The notes below the pieces were generated by a model. The model was not told where the DNA came from. It saw only the letters and a list, made by a program, of their open reading frames with translations, and did not search any database. A DNA stretch of 64,000 nucleotides from Candidatus Eiseniibacteriota bacterium (GTDB taxonomy: Bacteria; Eisenbacteria; RBG-16-71-46; CAVPCR01): the NCBI GenBank assembly GCA_963823555.1, contig CAWGMA010000004.1, positions 96,001 through 160,000 of the forward strand, written 5' to 3'. Below are positions 44,001-52,799 of the stretch, piece after piece. The position numbers and the translations under genes are program-made. The stretch's first letter is position 1, and each line of letters begins with the position of its first letter.

Positions 44001-44587
44001 TCGTCGAGTCGCTCGAGGACGGCTACGATCCGGTCGACTGCACGGACGACGTGGCGCGGCCGAACTGGCTCACCATCGTGAGACGGACGAACCCGGACCA
44101 CGCCTGCGAGAAGTCGGTGGCGATGGGCTTCGCCTTCGCCGAGATGCTGCCCTTGAACTGCCAGGACCAGTGCCTCTTCGACGACTACCGGATCAACGGT
44201 GCGAACGCGGAGCTCGTGATCGACCTCTTCCAGTGGGCAGGGAAGCCGATCAACGGAAGTCCGATCGGGGTCGGGCCGGAGGCGGCGCCGCACCTCGCGA
44301 ACGCGCTCCACGCCGCGCAGCCCAACCCGGCGGCGCGCGGCACCTCGGCTATCAAGATTCGTTACAGCGTTGCTGTCAACAGTCATGTCACGGTGAAAAT
44401 CTACAATGTAAATGGCAGGTTGGTGCGCGTTCTCGTCGACGCGAAGCAAGAAGCGCTCCCAAATGGACACGAGGTCCTGTGGGACGGCAGGAATGATGCC
44501 GGCCGTCTCGTCGCCAGCGGCGTCTACAGCTGCGAGCTTCGAATGCCGGGTTTCGTCACGGCCAGGAAGATCGTTCTTCTCGACTGA
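41060..44587 (+). CDS. Large secreted Cys-rich protein with a C-terminal FlgD-Ig domain, paralog 1
   Basis: SD GGAGG; signal-like hydrophobic stretch; collinear with the CDS at 45010; QPNP...WDGRN...ASGVY tail. Confidence 0.85.
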   Translation: MSAARKHSPDPAPGGIGLVILLLLIPALAAAMPPMNQPPDGPADREALSGLGGEWAAGAHADTVWFGGSGTGDGTVVRGGVWNWEADSGETPESFPDGDPVGNQYRDGWTFQDRTTRGGGPSAIGAGHWRSDGSYDFDFDSGAFAHRATTHANNGANDGPDPLHGAWSVWIGTNLHLNPEHCGWRQTAGYGDGWSQGIAKPYRFRALPGPGEFVPPPANAVLDLAFFHRYAVEEGFDTLWVEISADGITWEQVGGGTGNGIWNGGERQAPLPGPLGGAATAALGTWPGGEGDLWVRLRLASDSFSSDEADGGDFLYGWQVDDLALRADGVPVDVTDFESGMGGWEPRRFEGFDFLLTGDPLRPAGRFVPLADLACPPEVDCPEGCGLENRVLIFVDKDDCDQNDEFADTGIVSPAFAIGGPTNPDIDGDSGRLIRADVYHDFGVGLFTTGLSFCYFYWPADANHCPYTPPAGAPGAGATFNWSRIGFLTCDYFSGGTGAVCLTNFLDDISSSLPATADSVILTVGGYSSCRSRPDCDIDDSGTPFFDNVRFGVFDPASIPAVSHTVGRYADSFPIADGDIVTMPGRMDGAGSQAQSLGIENPLRWVRYDSSLVYSAAENAAVYLRFRVTPGACQPDLNHAFFAAFPPYQWHAARMDTTRRATTHPNEYMTCFHEDDPRNGTFWTGMPPAVEPCDDILPDGLFTPGTVVHYFFELRDASTGRVTGTFPRGPGQRPITSAENFKDLWLESSILPELDPSCDGTYANTLLVVNDFTTNAVPGRGTVERSRLMATLESLGLDFDVYDVVGTNYTGVYDGIGRREDHEAQVPRPPTNGATTLQLAPYDCIWYTGGLLSSGVMLSDELTLAAFGGHASNDQQKLEGWLAGCADGANRLLFLEGLGWASFIDASTIHGADFLAGRGVDVLARDYAQELAANDLRRCARIAGTALAPTFTGEVFGSGCPDDLPLDVFAAVNGGEGVAHFVESLEDGYDPVDCTDDVARPNWLTIVRRTNPDHACEKSVAMGFAFAEMLPLNCQDQCLFDDYRINGANAELVIDLFQWAGKPINGSPIGVGPEAAPHLANALHAAQPNPAARGTSAIKIRYSVAVNSHVTVKIYNVNGRLVRVLVDAKQEALPNGHEVLWDGRNDAGRLVASGVYSCELRMPGFVTARKIVLLD

Positions 44588-44619
44588 CGCAACCTTCCTC
44601 TACCTTTTCCGTACTGGGT

Positions 44620-45000
44620 GAGTAAGGACCCGGGCGTCGTCCACGCACGGGTCCTCGGGAGTCGCGCAGCCGGTCCGAAAGGCGTCGATGGAGCCGCGCC
44701 GGCGGGGCGGCAGCCGTCATGACTGCCCTGCTGGCGTCTACCCTGACCCCGCTCTCTCCACCGGTGATCTTGAGACCTCCAGCCACTGGCTCTAGCCATG
44801 GCGACGATCCCGCCTCGAAGGAGGGCGGCAGCCATGGTCGTACCTGCGCCACCTTGTGCGATCGCCACAGGGTGCGGCCCACCAGGGACGTCCCCTCCTG
44901 GTAGCCGTCCTTGTTTGGGCGTCGATATGGACATCCCGAACCCCGGTGACGAGCCGGGCGGTCAAATCTCGTGCCGTCCTCGTGCAGATGGCACGTTGGG
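44620..45000 (+). other. Multi-hairpin structured intergenic region or leader (possible ncRNA)
   Basis: At least six consecutive stems, several containing G-U pairs that form only on the + strand. Confidence 0.4.
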
Positions 45001-45009
45001 GGAAGTGCC

Positions 45010-48000
45010 ATGAAGACTCGTTTTCGGCTAGCTCTCTCTGTGCTGGCGCTCCTGTTCTTTGCGACCGCGCCGGCCGAGGCCCGTCGCTCGCTGGCAACCA
45101 CACCCGAGGCGATGACCTACGGCGAGGAGTTCGGCGACCCCGGCGGCACCGTATCCGCTCTCGCGGACACGGTATGGTTCGGGGGAAGCGGCACCGGCAA
45201 CGGCACCGTCGTGCGCGGCGGGGTCTGGAACTGGGAGGCGAACAGCGGCGAAACACCGCGGTTCTTCCCGGACGGGGATCCCGTCGGCAACCAGTATCGC
45301 GACGGCTTCAGCTTTGATGATCGCACCGCCCGCCGCGGTCCCTCCCAGACCGGGGCCGGTCACTGGCGAACCGATGGTACCTACGACTTCAACTTCGATG
45401 GCGGCGGCTTCGCCCACCGAGCGACGACTCACGCCAACGACGGGGAGAACGACGGACCCGATCCGCTGCAGGGCTCCTGGTCCGTGTGGATCGGCACCAA
45501 CCTCCGCCTGAACCCGGAGAACTGCGGCTGGGGGCAGCGCCGGGGTTACGGTGACGGCTGGTCACAGGGAATCCAGAAGACCTACAACATCCCCGCCGGC
45601 AACCTCAACGTCCCGTACGATCTCCGCTTCTTCCACCGCTACGCCGTGGAGGCCGGGTTCGATACCTGCTGGGTGGAGATCTCGTTCGACGGCCTGTTCT
45701 GGGACCAGGTGGGTTCCGCTGACCAGCCGAACGGCATCTACAGCGAGGGGACGGCCACGACGCCGCAACCGAGCGCATCGGGCGGCACCGAGATCGTGAA
45801 CCTCATCACCTGGCCGGTGAATACGGCCGGCACGCTCTACGTGCGCTTCCGCCTGTCTTCGGATGCCCTGTTCTCGGATAACAGCGAGGGCGGCGACTTC
45901 TTCTGGGCCTGGCAGGTGGACAACGTCGAGCTCCTGCGTAACGGTGTCTCGCAGGGCCAGGATACCTTCGAGTCGGGGATGAACGGCTGGCAACCCATGT
46001 CCTTCGAGGGGTTCGACTTCGACATCACGACCGACCCCGTGGTGGCGGCCGGCCGCATCGAGTCGATCAGCAATCTCGCCTGCCCACCGATCGTCGACTG
46101 TCCGGAATCGTGTGGCCTGGAGGGACGCATCCTCATGTTCGCGGACAAGGACGATTGCGACCTGAACGACTCCTTCCAGGGCAGCTACGCCACATCCCGG
46201 GCATTCGCCATCGGCGGCCCGACGCAGCCTGATCTCGACGGCGCCGCCGGCCGCATCGTGAATGTCGACATCTATACCGATGGTGGGGCCGGCCTCTTCG
46301 AGAACGGTCCGGCCATCTGCTGGACCTACTGGCCTCTCAACTCCAACAACTGCCCCTACACCCCGTCGGCGGGCGAACCGGGGGCGGGCTCGACCTTCAA
46401 CTGGTCCCAGACCAACCAGCCGACCTGTGACCTGTACATCATGGGGCAGGGGCCGGCATGTCTCGATAACTTCATCGATGACATATCCGACAATTTGCCG
46501 GCGGATGCCGACTCGGTCATCCTCTACATCGGGGTCATCGGACAGTGCCGATCCAACGCTCAGTGCGATATCGCCGACAACGGCGCGCCGTTCTTCGACA
46601 ACCTGAGGTTCGGCGTGTTCGATCCGGCGGGAATCGCCATCACAGCGAACACGCTGGATCGGTTCGCGGACAACTTCCCGATCCAGAACGGGTCCCTGGT
46701 GACCACACCGGTCCGCACCGACGGGGCGAACAGCCTGAGCCAGGTGCTCGGCATCGAGAACCCGCTGCGCTGGGTGCGGGCGGATACCGCTGTCGCGGAG
46801 ACCGGGGCGTCGAACACGGCGCTCTACCTGCGCTGGGCAGTCGAGCGCGGTCCCTGCCAGCCGAACCTGAACCATCCGTTCTTCGTGGCCTTCCCGCCGT
46901 CCGCTCCGGGGACCTACCCGGGCGGCCTCGTCTGGCACTCGTCGCGGATGGACACCTCGCGAGTCCAGGGCACGGGCGAGAACGGCCCCGGCATCTACAT
47001 GACCTGCTTCCACGAGAGCGACCCGCGGAACGGCACCTTCTGGACGGGAACGCCGCCCGGCGTCGAGCCCTGCGACGACATCCTGCCGGATGGGCTCTTC
47101 ACCGCCGGGACCACCGTTCACTACTTCTTCGAGGCGCGGAACGCCACCAGCGGCGCGGTGGTCGGCACGTTCCCCGCAGCGAGGTCCAAGCTGCCGATCA
47201 AGACGACGGCGAACTTCAAGGACTTCTGGCTCCAGATCAACAACCTGCCGACGTTGACCTCGGCCTGTGACGGCACCTATGCCAACACCATGCTCATCGT
47301 CAACGACTTCCAGACCAACGCCGTGCCCGGCCGGGGCACCACCGAACGGTCACGGTTGACCGCGACCCTCTCGAGCCTCGGCCTCGAGTTCGATGTCTAC
47401 GATGTGGTCGGCACCAACTGGGGCAACTGCTATGACGGTATCGGTCGGCGTGAGGACCGTCCGACCCAGCAGCCGCGCCCGCCGCTCAACGGCGCCACCG
47501 ACCTCATGCTCAACAACTACGAGATCATCTGGTACGCGGGGGGCCTGCTCGATGGCGATGTCATGCTCTCCGACCAGCGGACGCTCTCCCTCTTCGGCGG
47601 CCAGCCGGGGATGGATCAGCAGAAGCTGCAAACCTGGCTTGCCGGGTGCACGACCCAGAACCGGCTGCTCGTCCTCGAGGGCGTCGGCTGGGCTTCGACC
47701 ATCGACGCCAGCACGACCAACGGGCCGGCCTTCCTCACCAACCGCGGTGTCGATGTTCTGGCGGCCGACTACGCCCAGCAGCTCGCCAACCAGGATCTCC
47801 GGCGTTGCGCCCGCATCGTCTCGAGCCGGCCTGCGGATCGGTTCGACCACGGTGAGATCTTCGGCTCCGGCTGTCCGGATGACATCAACATCGATGTGTT
47901 CGGCGCCGTGTCCAACGGCGAGGCAGTAGCCAACTTCGTCGAGTCGCTGGAGGGTGGCGCCGATCCGATCAACTGCGCGGACGATCAGAACCGTCCGACA

Positions 48001-48513
48001 TGGTTGTCGGTGGTACGCAAGCGCAATCCGACTCGCCTCTGCGAGCACTCGGTGTCCATGAGCTTCGCCTTCGCCGAGCTGAACCCGTTGAACTGCACGG
48101 ATCAGTGTCTGTTCGCTGATTTCAAGATCAACGGCGAGAATGCGGAGATGGTGATCGACATCTTCCAGTGGGCCGGGATGGGGATCAACGCCAACCCGAT
48201 CGGGGTCGAGCCCGCCGAGGCGCCGGGGTTCGTGAACGCCCTGTATCAGGCGCAGCCGAACCCGGCCAACCCGGCGGCCACCATCCGCTACGCGATCGCC
48301 GACAAGGGGCAGGTGTCGCTCCGGATCTTCGACGTCAACGGCCGCCTGGTCAGGACGCTCGTCGATCAGGTCCAGGAGCCGTCAGCGACACCGTTCGAGG
48401 TCGTGTGGGACGGCACGAGCGATGCCGGACGACACGTCGGCTCGGGTGTGTTCTTCTACCAGATCGACACGCCCGGGTTCACTTCGTCGAAGAAGCTGGT
48501 GATCTTGAAGTAG
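45010..48513 (+). CDS. Large secreted Cys-rich protein with a C-terminal FlgD-Ig domain, paralog 2
   Basis: Sec signal MKTRFRLALSVLALLFFATAPAEA; full-length similarity to paralog 1; QPNPANP...GSGVFFY...KKLVILK tail. Confidence 0.88.
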   Translation: MKTRFRLALSVLALLFFATAPAEARRSLATTPEAMTYGEEFGDPGGTVSALADTVWFGGSGTGNGTVVRGGVWNWEANSGETPRFFPDGDPVGNQYRDGFSFDDRTARRGPSQTGAGHWRTDGTYDFNFDGGGFAHRATTHANDGENDGPDPLQGSWSVWIGTNLRLNPENCGWGQRRGYGDGWSQGIQKTYNIPAGNLNVPYDLRFFHRYAVEAGFDTCWVEISFDGLFWDQVGSADQPNGIYSEGTATTPQPSASGGTEIVNLITWPVNTAGTLYVRFRLSSDALFSDNSEGGDFFWAWQVDNVELLRNGVSQGQDTFESGMNGWQPMSFEGFDFDITTDPVVAAGRIESISNLACPPIVDCPESCGLEGRILMFADKDDCDLNDSFQGSYATSRAFAIGGPTQPDLDGAAGRIVNVDIYTDGGAGLFENGPAICWTYWPLNSNNCPYTPSAGEPGAGSTFNWSQTNQPTCDLYIMGQGPACLDNFIDDISDNLPADADSVILYIGVIGQCRSNAQCDIADNGAPFFDNLRFGVFDPAGIAITANTLDRFADNFPIQNGSLVTTPVRTDGANSLSQVLGIENPLRWVRADTAVAETGASNTALYLRWAVERGPCQPNLNHPFFVAFPPSAPGTYPGGLVWHSSRMDTSRVQGTGENGPGIYMTCFHESDPRNGTFWTGTPPGVEPCDDILPDGLFTAGTTVHYFFEARNATSGAVVGTFPAARSKLPIKTTANFKDFWLQINNLPTLTSACDGTYANTMLIVNDFQTNAVPGRGTTERSRLTATLSSLGLEFDVYDVVGTNWGNCYDGIGRREDRPTQQPRPPLNGATDLMLNNYEIIWYAGGLLDGDVMLSDQRTLSLFGGQPGMDQQKLQTWLAGCTTQNRLLVLEGVGWASTIDASTTNGPAFLTNRGVDVLAADYAQQLANQDLRRCARIVSSRPADRFDHGEIFGSGCPDDINIDVFGAVSNGEAVANFVESLEGGADPINCADDQNRPTWLSVVRKRNPTRLCEHSVSMSFAFAELNPLNCTDQCLFADFKINGENAEMVIDIFQWAGMGINANPIGVEPAEAPGFVNALYQAQPNPANPAATIRYAIADKGQVSLRIFDVNGRLVRTLVDQVQEPSATPFEVVWDGTSDAGRHVGSGVFFYQIDTPGFTSSKKLVILK

Positions 48514-48548
48514 ATCGCGAGCCGACGCGGCGGAGCTTCTCTGACGCC

Positions 48549-48587
48549 AGCGGGTCGGGAGTCCGAAGGGGCTTCCGGCCCGCTTTT
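48549..48587 (+). terminator. Rho-independent terminator
   Basis: GCGGGTCGGGAGTCC-GAAG-GGGCTTCCGGCCCGC followed by TTTT. Confidence 0.7.
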
Positions 48588-48590
48588 CTC

Positions 48591-49841
48591 TCACCGCCCG
48601 AGGTCGGTGCGCACTGCCTCGGCAGCGCGGCGGCCGGAGGTCAGAGCGCCGTCGATCGAGGCGTTGTCGCGATGGTCCCCGGCGACGTAGAGCCCCGGCG
48701 TGACGCGCACCGGGCGCTGCGGGGTGCCGAGGGCGGGCGGTGTCTGATCGGGCAGCGCGTGCTCGATGCGATAGACGCGAAGGAGCTGCCAGGTCCGCGG
48801 CAGCGGTCCGAAGCGCTCGACCAGCTCAGCCCGTACGATTGCGTCGAGCTCATGGTCGGCGAGAGGGTTCGAGCCCAGCACGGTGACGCCGATGAGCGCC
48901 CGCCCGGCCGGCGCGTAGCTCGGGGCGACCGCGCTCATCTCGGCGAGGTGTGTGATGGACCCCGCTCCATCGCCGTTCAAGATCAGGACCGACTCGCCCG
49001 TGAGCGGCGTGTCCGCGGCATAGTAGAGCGTCGTCACGCCGCGCGATCGCGGCGTGCGGATTCCCAGCAATCTGGATGCTTCCGGGGCCTCGGTGGCGAT
49101 GACGACCGCGCCGGCAGCCATCTCCTCGCCCGAGGCGAGCGTGACCGCGCCGGGAGCGACCTTCTCGACTCGAGCGCCGGTGCGGATCGACCCCGGTTCG
49201 AGGGCGGCGGCCATTTGCGCCGGAATCGCTTCCATGCCCGCCGCTGGCACCGCGGCATCACCCGCCGAGAACATGCGGAAGACGAACTCGAGCATGCGAC
49301 TCGAGGTCTCGAGCTCGGCATCGAGGAAGACCCCGCCCAGAAACGGCCGGAAGAAGGCATGGATGAACTCCGGGGAGAAGCCTGCTGCCTCGAGCGCCGC
49401 GCGCGTCGTGCGCTCCGGACGCTGCCAGAGCTCGGCGAGCGAGCCGGCGCGAACGCGGGCGCGCAGCCGCGCCACCCTGATCTTGTCCCCCAGCCCGCCG
49501 AGCGGTGAGATGAGGCTGGCCCAGGCGTCACCCGGGCGGCGCCACGGATCAGCGAGCCGATACCTCCGGTCGCCGAGCATGACGAGCGCTCCCGGACGGA
49601 ACGATCTCAAGTCGAGGGCGCCCAGGTCGAGGATGCGCCGGGCTTCCGGGTAGGCGGTGAGCAACACCTGGAAACCGCGATCGAGGAGAAATCCCTGAAC
49701 GCGATCCGTGCGCACGCGTCCGCCCGCCTGGTCCCCGGCCTCGAGGATCCCGCATTCGATTCCTGCTGACGTCAGGTGGCGCGCGCAGGCCAGGCCGGCG
49801 AGGCCGGCGCCGACGATCAGCACGTCCGGTCGTTCACTCAT
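48591..49841 (-). CDS. FAD-dependent oxidoreductase (amine oxidase/phytoene dehydrogenase-like)
   Basis: GAGLAG, GGRVRTD, LDRGFQV and AGDH...SIDGALTSG motifs. Confidence 0.87.
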   Translation of the reverse strand: MSERPDVLIVGAGLAGLACARHLTSAGIECGILEAGDQAGGRVRTDRVQGFLLDRGFQVLLTAYPEARRILDLGALDLRSFRPGALVMLGDRRYRLADPWRRPGDAWASLISPLGGLGDKIRVARLRARVRAGSLAELWQRPERTTRAALEAAGFSPEFIHAFFRPFLGGVFLDAELETSSRMLEFVFRMFSAGDAAVPAAGMEAIPAQMAAALEPGSIRTGARVEKVAPGAVTLASGEEMAAGAVVIATEAPEASRLLGIRTPRSRGVTTLYYAADTPLTGESVLILNGDGAGSITHLAEMSAVAPSYAPAGRALIGVTVLGSNPLADHELDAIVRAELVERFGPLPRTWQLLRVYRIEHALPDQTPPALGTPQRPVRVTPGLYVAGDHRDNASIDGALTSGRRAAEAVRTDLGR

Positions 49842-51337
49842 CGCTTCCGTCCCGACGGTTGGGGTCCGGCGTCCTCCTCGGCGGAGGCATATCGGGCCAG
49901 GTAGCCCTTCACCGACATCTTGCGTGCGGTGTTCTCCGAAGTCATGTAGCGCACGTGGCCGAAGATCGGTCGCTCCGGCCCCCACGGCCGGTCGTAACGG
50001 CCCAGCACCCAGAAGATCCCGGTGTAGGAGTTGGGATCGCGCCCGTCGAGGGCGTACTTGTTGTTGAGCTCGATCATGACCGTCAGGGCCTCTTCCGGGC
50101 TTGCGGTCCACTCGAGGATCTTCTTGCCCCAGAGCATACGCAGGTAGTTGTGGATCCGCCCCTCCCGGAGGAGCTGGCGCTGCGCTGCATTCCACAGGGG
50201 GTCGTGTGTACGCGCCGCTTCGAAGTCGGCAAGCGCGTAAGAATGGGCGCGAGGATCGCGCGCATGCTTGGCCAGGGTCTTCTGCGCCCACTCCGGCAGC
50301 GAGGAATAGCGATCGTAGTCATGCCGCTTCGACGTGAAGTTGAAGCCGAGCTCGCGCCAGGTGATGCACTCGTCGAGGAAGCTCTCCGCTTCGGGTGTCA
50401 TGCCCCACCATCCGCTGCGTTTCCCGGTGGCCTTCGCGGCCAGACACTCCGGGGTCCACTGGTCGCGCTCCGCCACGGCAGAGAACACCTGATGCACGGA
50501 GATGTGACCCCAGTGAAGGTAGGGCGATAGCCCGCTCGCCCAGTCCTCGTCGGGCTCGTTTCGCCGCTCGCCGTACTCGTCCAGCCGTCTGGCGATGAAG
50601 CGTGACAGCGCCCGGGTGGCGGCAGCGGTCCCCCCGTGCGTCTCGACCGCGCCGACCGCGTGATCGATGGGCAGACTGGCCAGTCCATCGCCGGAGAGGA
50701 ATCCCGGGTCGAGCGGAGGCCAGCGACGAGTGATCGCCTCGGGCACGGCCGCCGGCCCCGGGAGCCGCCGCCGGAGCGGTTGCGCACGGGGAAGCTCCGC
50801 CAGATGCGGCGCCAGGTTCTTGTGCAAGAAACGGCGGAAAGCGTAGGCGGAGGGAAAGACGGTGTCCGCGGCCCGCAGCGGCAGGAGCCCGTTCGAATCG
50901 ACCCGTTCCAGGCGTCGGTTCAGCTGCGTGCCAGCAGCCGCTACCATTCGCGGTAGGAAGAAGCAGGGGTAGTCGTCGGTGATCACCACCGCCGCCCGCT
51001 CCGCGAGCGCAGCCAGGAGCCCGTGCCCCGCTCCGGGCTCCGGTTCGAGATAGGGGTAGTAGGTGACACGGCGGCGAACGCAGGTGGCGGCGTTGTCGGC
51101 CATGCCCTCGAGCACGAACCGGTGGAAGCGCACGCTGGCCCAGCGATGGCCGGCCCGCAGCGCCTCGAGCACGAGGAGCGGTTTCCCGAGCTCCTCCGCC
51201 CATCCGGCCGCGCGCTCGAGCGCGAAGTTCCAGGTCATCCGCCGAGCCGCAATCATCCAGTAAAGAACGTAATCGCCCCCGAGGCTGATCGGGGCTTCGT
51301 TCACCACTTCGATGCGGTTTGCGGGTACTGGGCTCAC
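49838..51337 (-). CDS. Deoxyribodipyrimidine photolyase, class II-like
   Basis: YVLYWM, SGLSPYLHWG, THDPLWNAAQ, IHNYLRMLWGKK and YALDGRDPN motifs; GTG start inferred. Confidence 0.9.
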   Translation of the reverse strand: MSPVPANRIEVVNEAPISLGGDYVLYWMIAARRMTWNFALERAAGWAEELGKPLLVLEALRAGHRWASVRFHRFVLEGMADNAATCVRRRVTYYPYLEPEPGAGHGLLAALAERAAVVITDDYPCFFLPRMVAAAGTQLNRRLERVDSNGLLPLRAADTVFPSAYAFRRFLHKNLAPHLAELPRAQPLRRRLPGPAAVPEAITRRWPPLDPGFLSGDGLASLPIDHAVGAVETHGGTAAATRALSRFIARRLDEYGERRNEPDEDWASGLSPYLHWGHISVHQVFSAVAERDQWTPECLAAKATGKRSGWWGMTPEAESFLDECITWRELGFNFTSKRHDYDRYSSLPEWAQKTLAKHARDPRAHSYALADFEAARTHDPLWNAAQRQLLREGRIHNYLRMLWGKKILEWTASPEEALTVMIELNNKYALDGRDPNSYTGIFWVLGRYDRPWGPERPIFGHVRYMTSENTARKMSVKGYLARYASAEEDAGPQPSGRKR

Positions 51338-51555
51338 GGTGGATCTCGTGTCGGTGGTCGGGGATCGCGGCTCAGGGAGGTGGTGAAGGATAGCGGGCGA
51401 CGGTCGGGGGGTCAAAGGAGGGCCTCCAGTCTTCCCGTCGCGGCGGCGGCACGGCCATCCAGGCAACCACGCCCGCCGCTCAGGGCGTGCTAAGCTACGC
51501 TGAGCGGTGGCGTCACGGTGGGCGCACCGCATCCGGCCCTGGAGTGGAGTTGCCC

Positions 51556-52440
51556 ATGCCTTGTCCTATCTTCGCCGCGACGCGACGCCAGCTGGTGCTC
51601 GGCGTGTTCGTTCTGACCGCTTCTCTTGCCAGCGCTCACGCTGATGTTCTCTACGAGCAGCGCGTACTCTCCACAGGGCTCGGCGGCGCCAGCACGGAGG
51701 GCTTGCAGACTGTTCATCTGCAAGCCGACCGGGAGCGTTCGCAGATCTCCATCCAGGGCGCACCCGGCTCCGGGACAGGCGAGATGCTCTCCATCACCAG
51801 GCTGGATCGTGAACTCATCTGGTATCTCGACGTCCAGGCGAAGACCTATGTCGAGACCACGTTCGGCGAACTGCGTGCTCGCTTCAACAAGAGCCGGGCC
51901 GCCGGAGACACGACGGCGGCGGCGCGGGCGGTGGCCGAGAGCGAAGTCAAGGTGGAGCGCACAGGCAAGAAGGATACGATCTGCGGAGCGGAGGCCAAGC
52001 AGGTCATTCTCACGATCGAGAGCAAGCTGACCGATCCGGCCTTCAGGGGCGGCAAGCAGTATCTCGTCGCCGACCTCTGGATGGCGAAGAACTTTCCGGG
52101 ATCGGCGGAGCTCGAAGCCTACAACAAGGCGACGGCGAAGGCGATGGGCGTGACCCGGCTGGGGGCCGAGGCCGGTCCGGACAATCCCCTTGGTCATCTC
52201 CTGGCGCGCCTCGGTACCGAAATGGAGCAGCTCGAGGGAACGGCGATTCGCTCGACCATGACCTTCGAACTCGACGTCCCGGCCGGGACGACCGCCATTC
52301 CCTCGCCCGTGCCGGCGCATGGGGAGGGTCGCCAGGTGCTCTACTCGATCCGTAGCGAGATGACGCGGATCGAGAGCAAGGCGCTGACGGCGGATCTCTT
52401 CGAGTTGCCTTCCGGCTACACCAAGAATGAGCCGAGATGA
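51556..52440 (+). CDS. Secreted hypothetical protein (DUF4412/GLPGLI-like)
   Basis: Signal peptide ending AHA; ITRLDRELIW, TGKKDTICG and C-terminal DLFELPSGY. Confidence 0.7.
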   Translation: MPCPIFAATRRQLVLGVFVLTASLASAHADVLYEQRVLSTGLGGASTEGLQTVHLQADRERSQISIQGAPGSGTGEMLSITRLDRELIWYLDVQAKTYVETTFGELRARFNKSRAAGDTTAAARAVAESEVKVERTGKKDTICGAEAKQVILTIESKLTDPAFRGGKQYLVADLWMAKNFPGSAELEAYNKATAKAMGVTRLGAEAGPDNPLGHLLARLGTEMEQLEGTAIRSTMTFELDVPAGTTAIPSPVPAHGEGRQVLYSIRSEMTRIESKALTADLFELPSGYTKNEPR

Positions 52441-52490
52441 TCGCGGGGAGTATGTCCCGAAACTCCAGTCGTGAACCAGGAGGAGAGAAC

Positions 52491-52736
52491 ATGCGAGTCA
52501 AGCTCACCTACTGCGCAGCCTGAAACTACGAGCCGAAGGCCATCAGTTTGATGGAAAAGGCGCTGCCCAAGTTCAAGCAGAATGTCGATGAATGGGTGCT
52601 CGTGCCGAGCGATGGGGGACGTTTCGAGCTCGAGGTCGACGGGGAGCTAGTCTTCTCGAAGCTGGCCGCAGGTCACTTCCCGGAGACGAACGAGGCGATC
52701 GATCTGATCAGGAAGAAGGTCGCTGCCAGATCCTAG
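52491..52736 (+). CDS. SelW/SelT/SelH (Rdx) family selenoprotein, 81 aa, UGA-Sec at 52521
   Basis: SD AGGAGG; MRVKLTYCAA-U-NYEPKA is in frame with the Rdx core VPSDGGRFELEVDGELVFSK...FP. Confidence 0.9.
52532..52561 (+). promoter_or_regulatory. Putative bacterial SECIS hairpin
   Basis: CCATCA-GTT-TGATGG stem-loop (52540-52554); the loop starts with G, 22 nt after the UGA. Confidence 0.6.
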
Positions 52737-52799
52737 CGCCGGTGAGGCGGCGAATCGGGCCATGTTCACGGTCGCCTCCGGCAACCCGAGGTGAGTCGC

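Noticed and set aside
41060..48513. Diversity-generating retroelement explanation for the paralog similarity
   Set aside because: There is no reverse transcriptase in the window, differences are not adenine-specific, and both copies are full-length genes.
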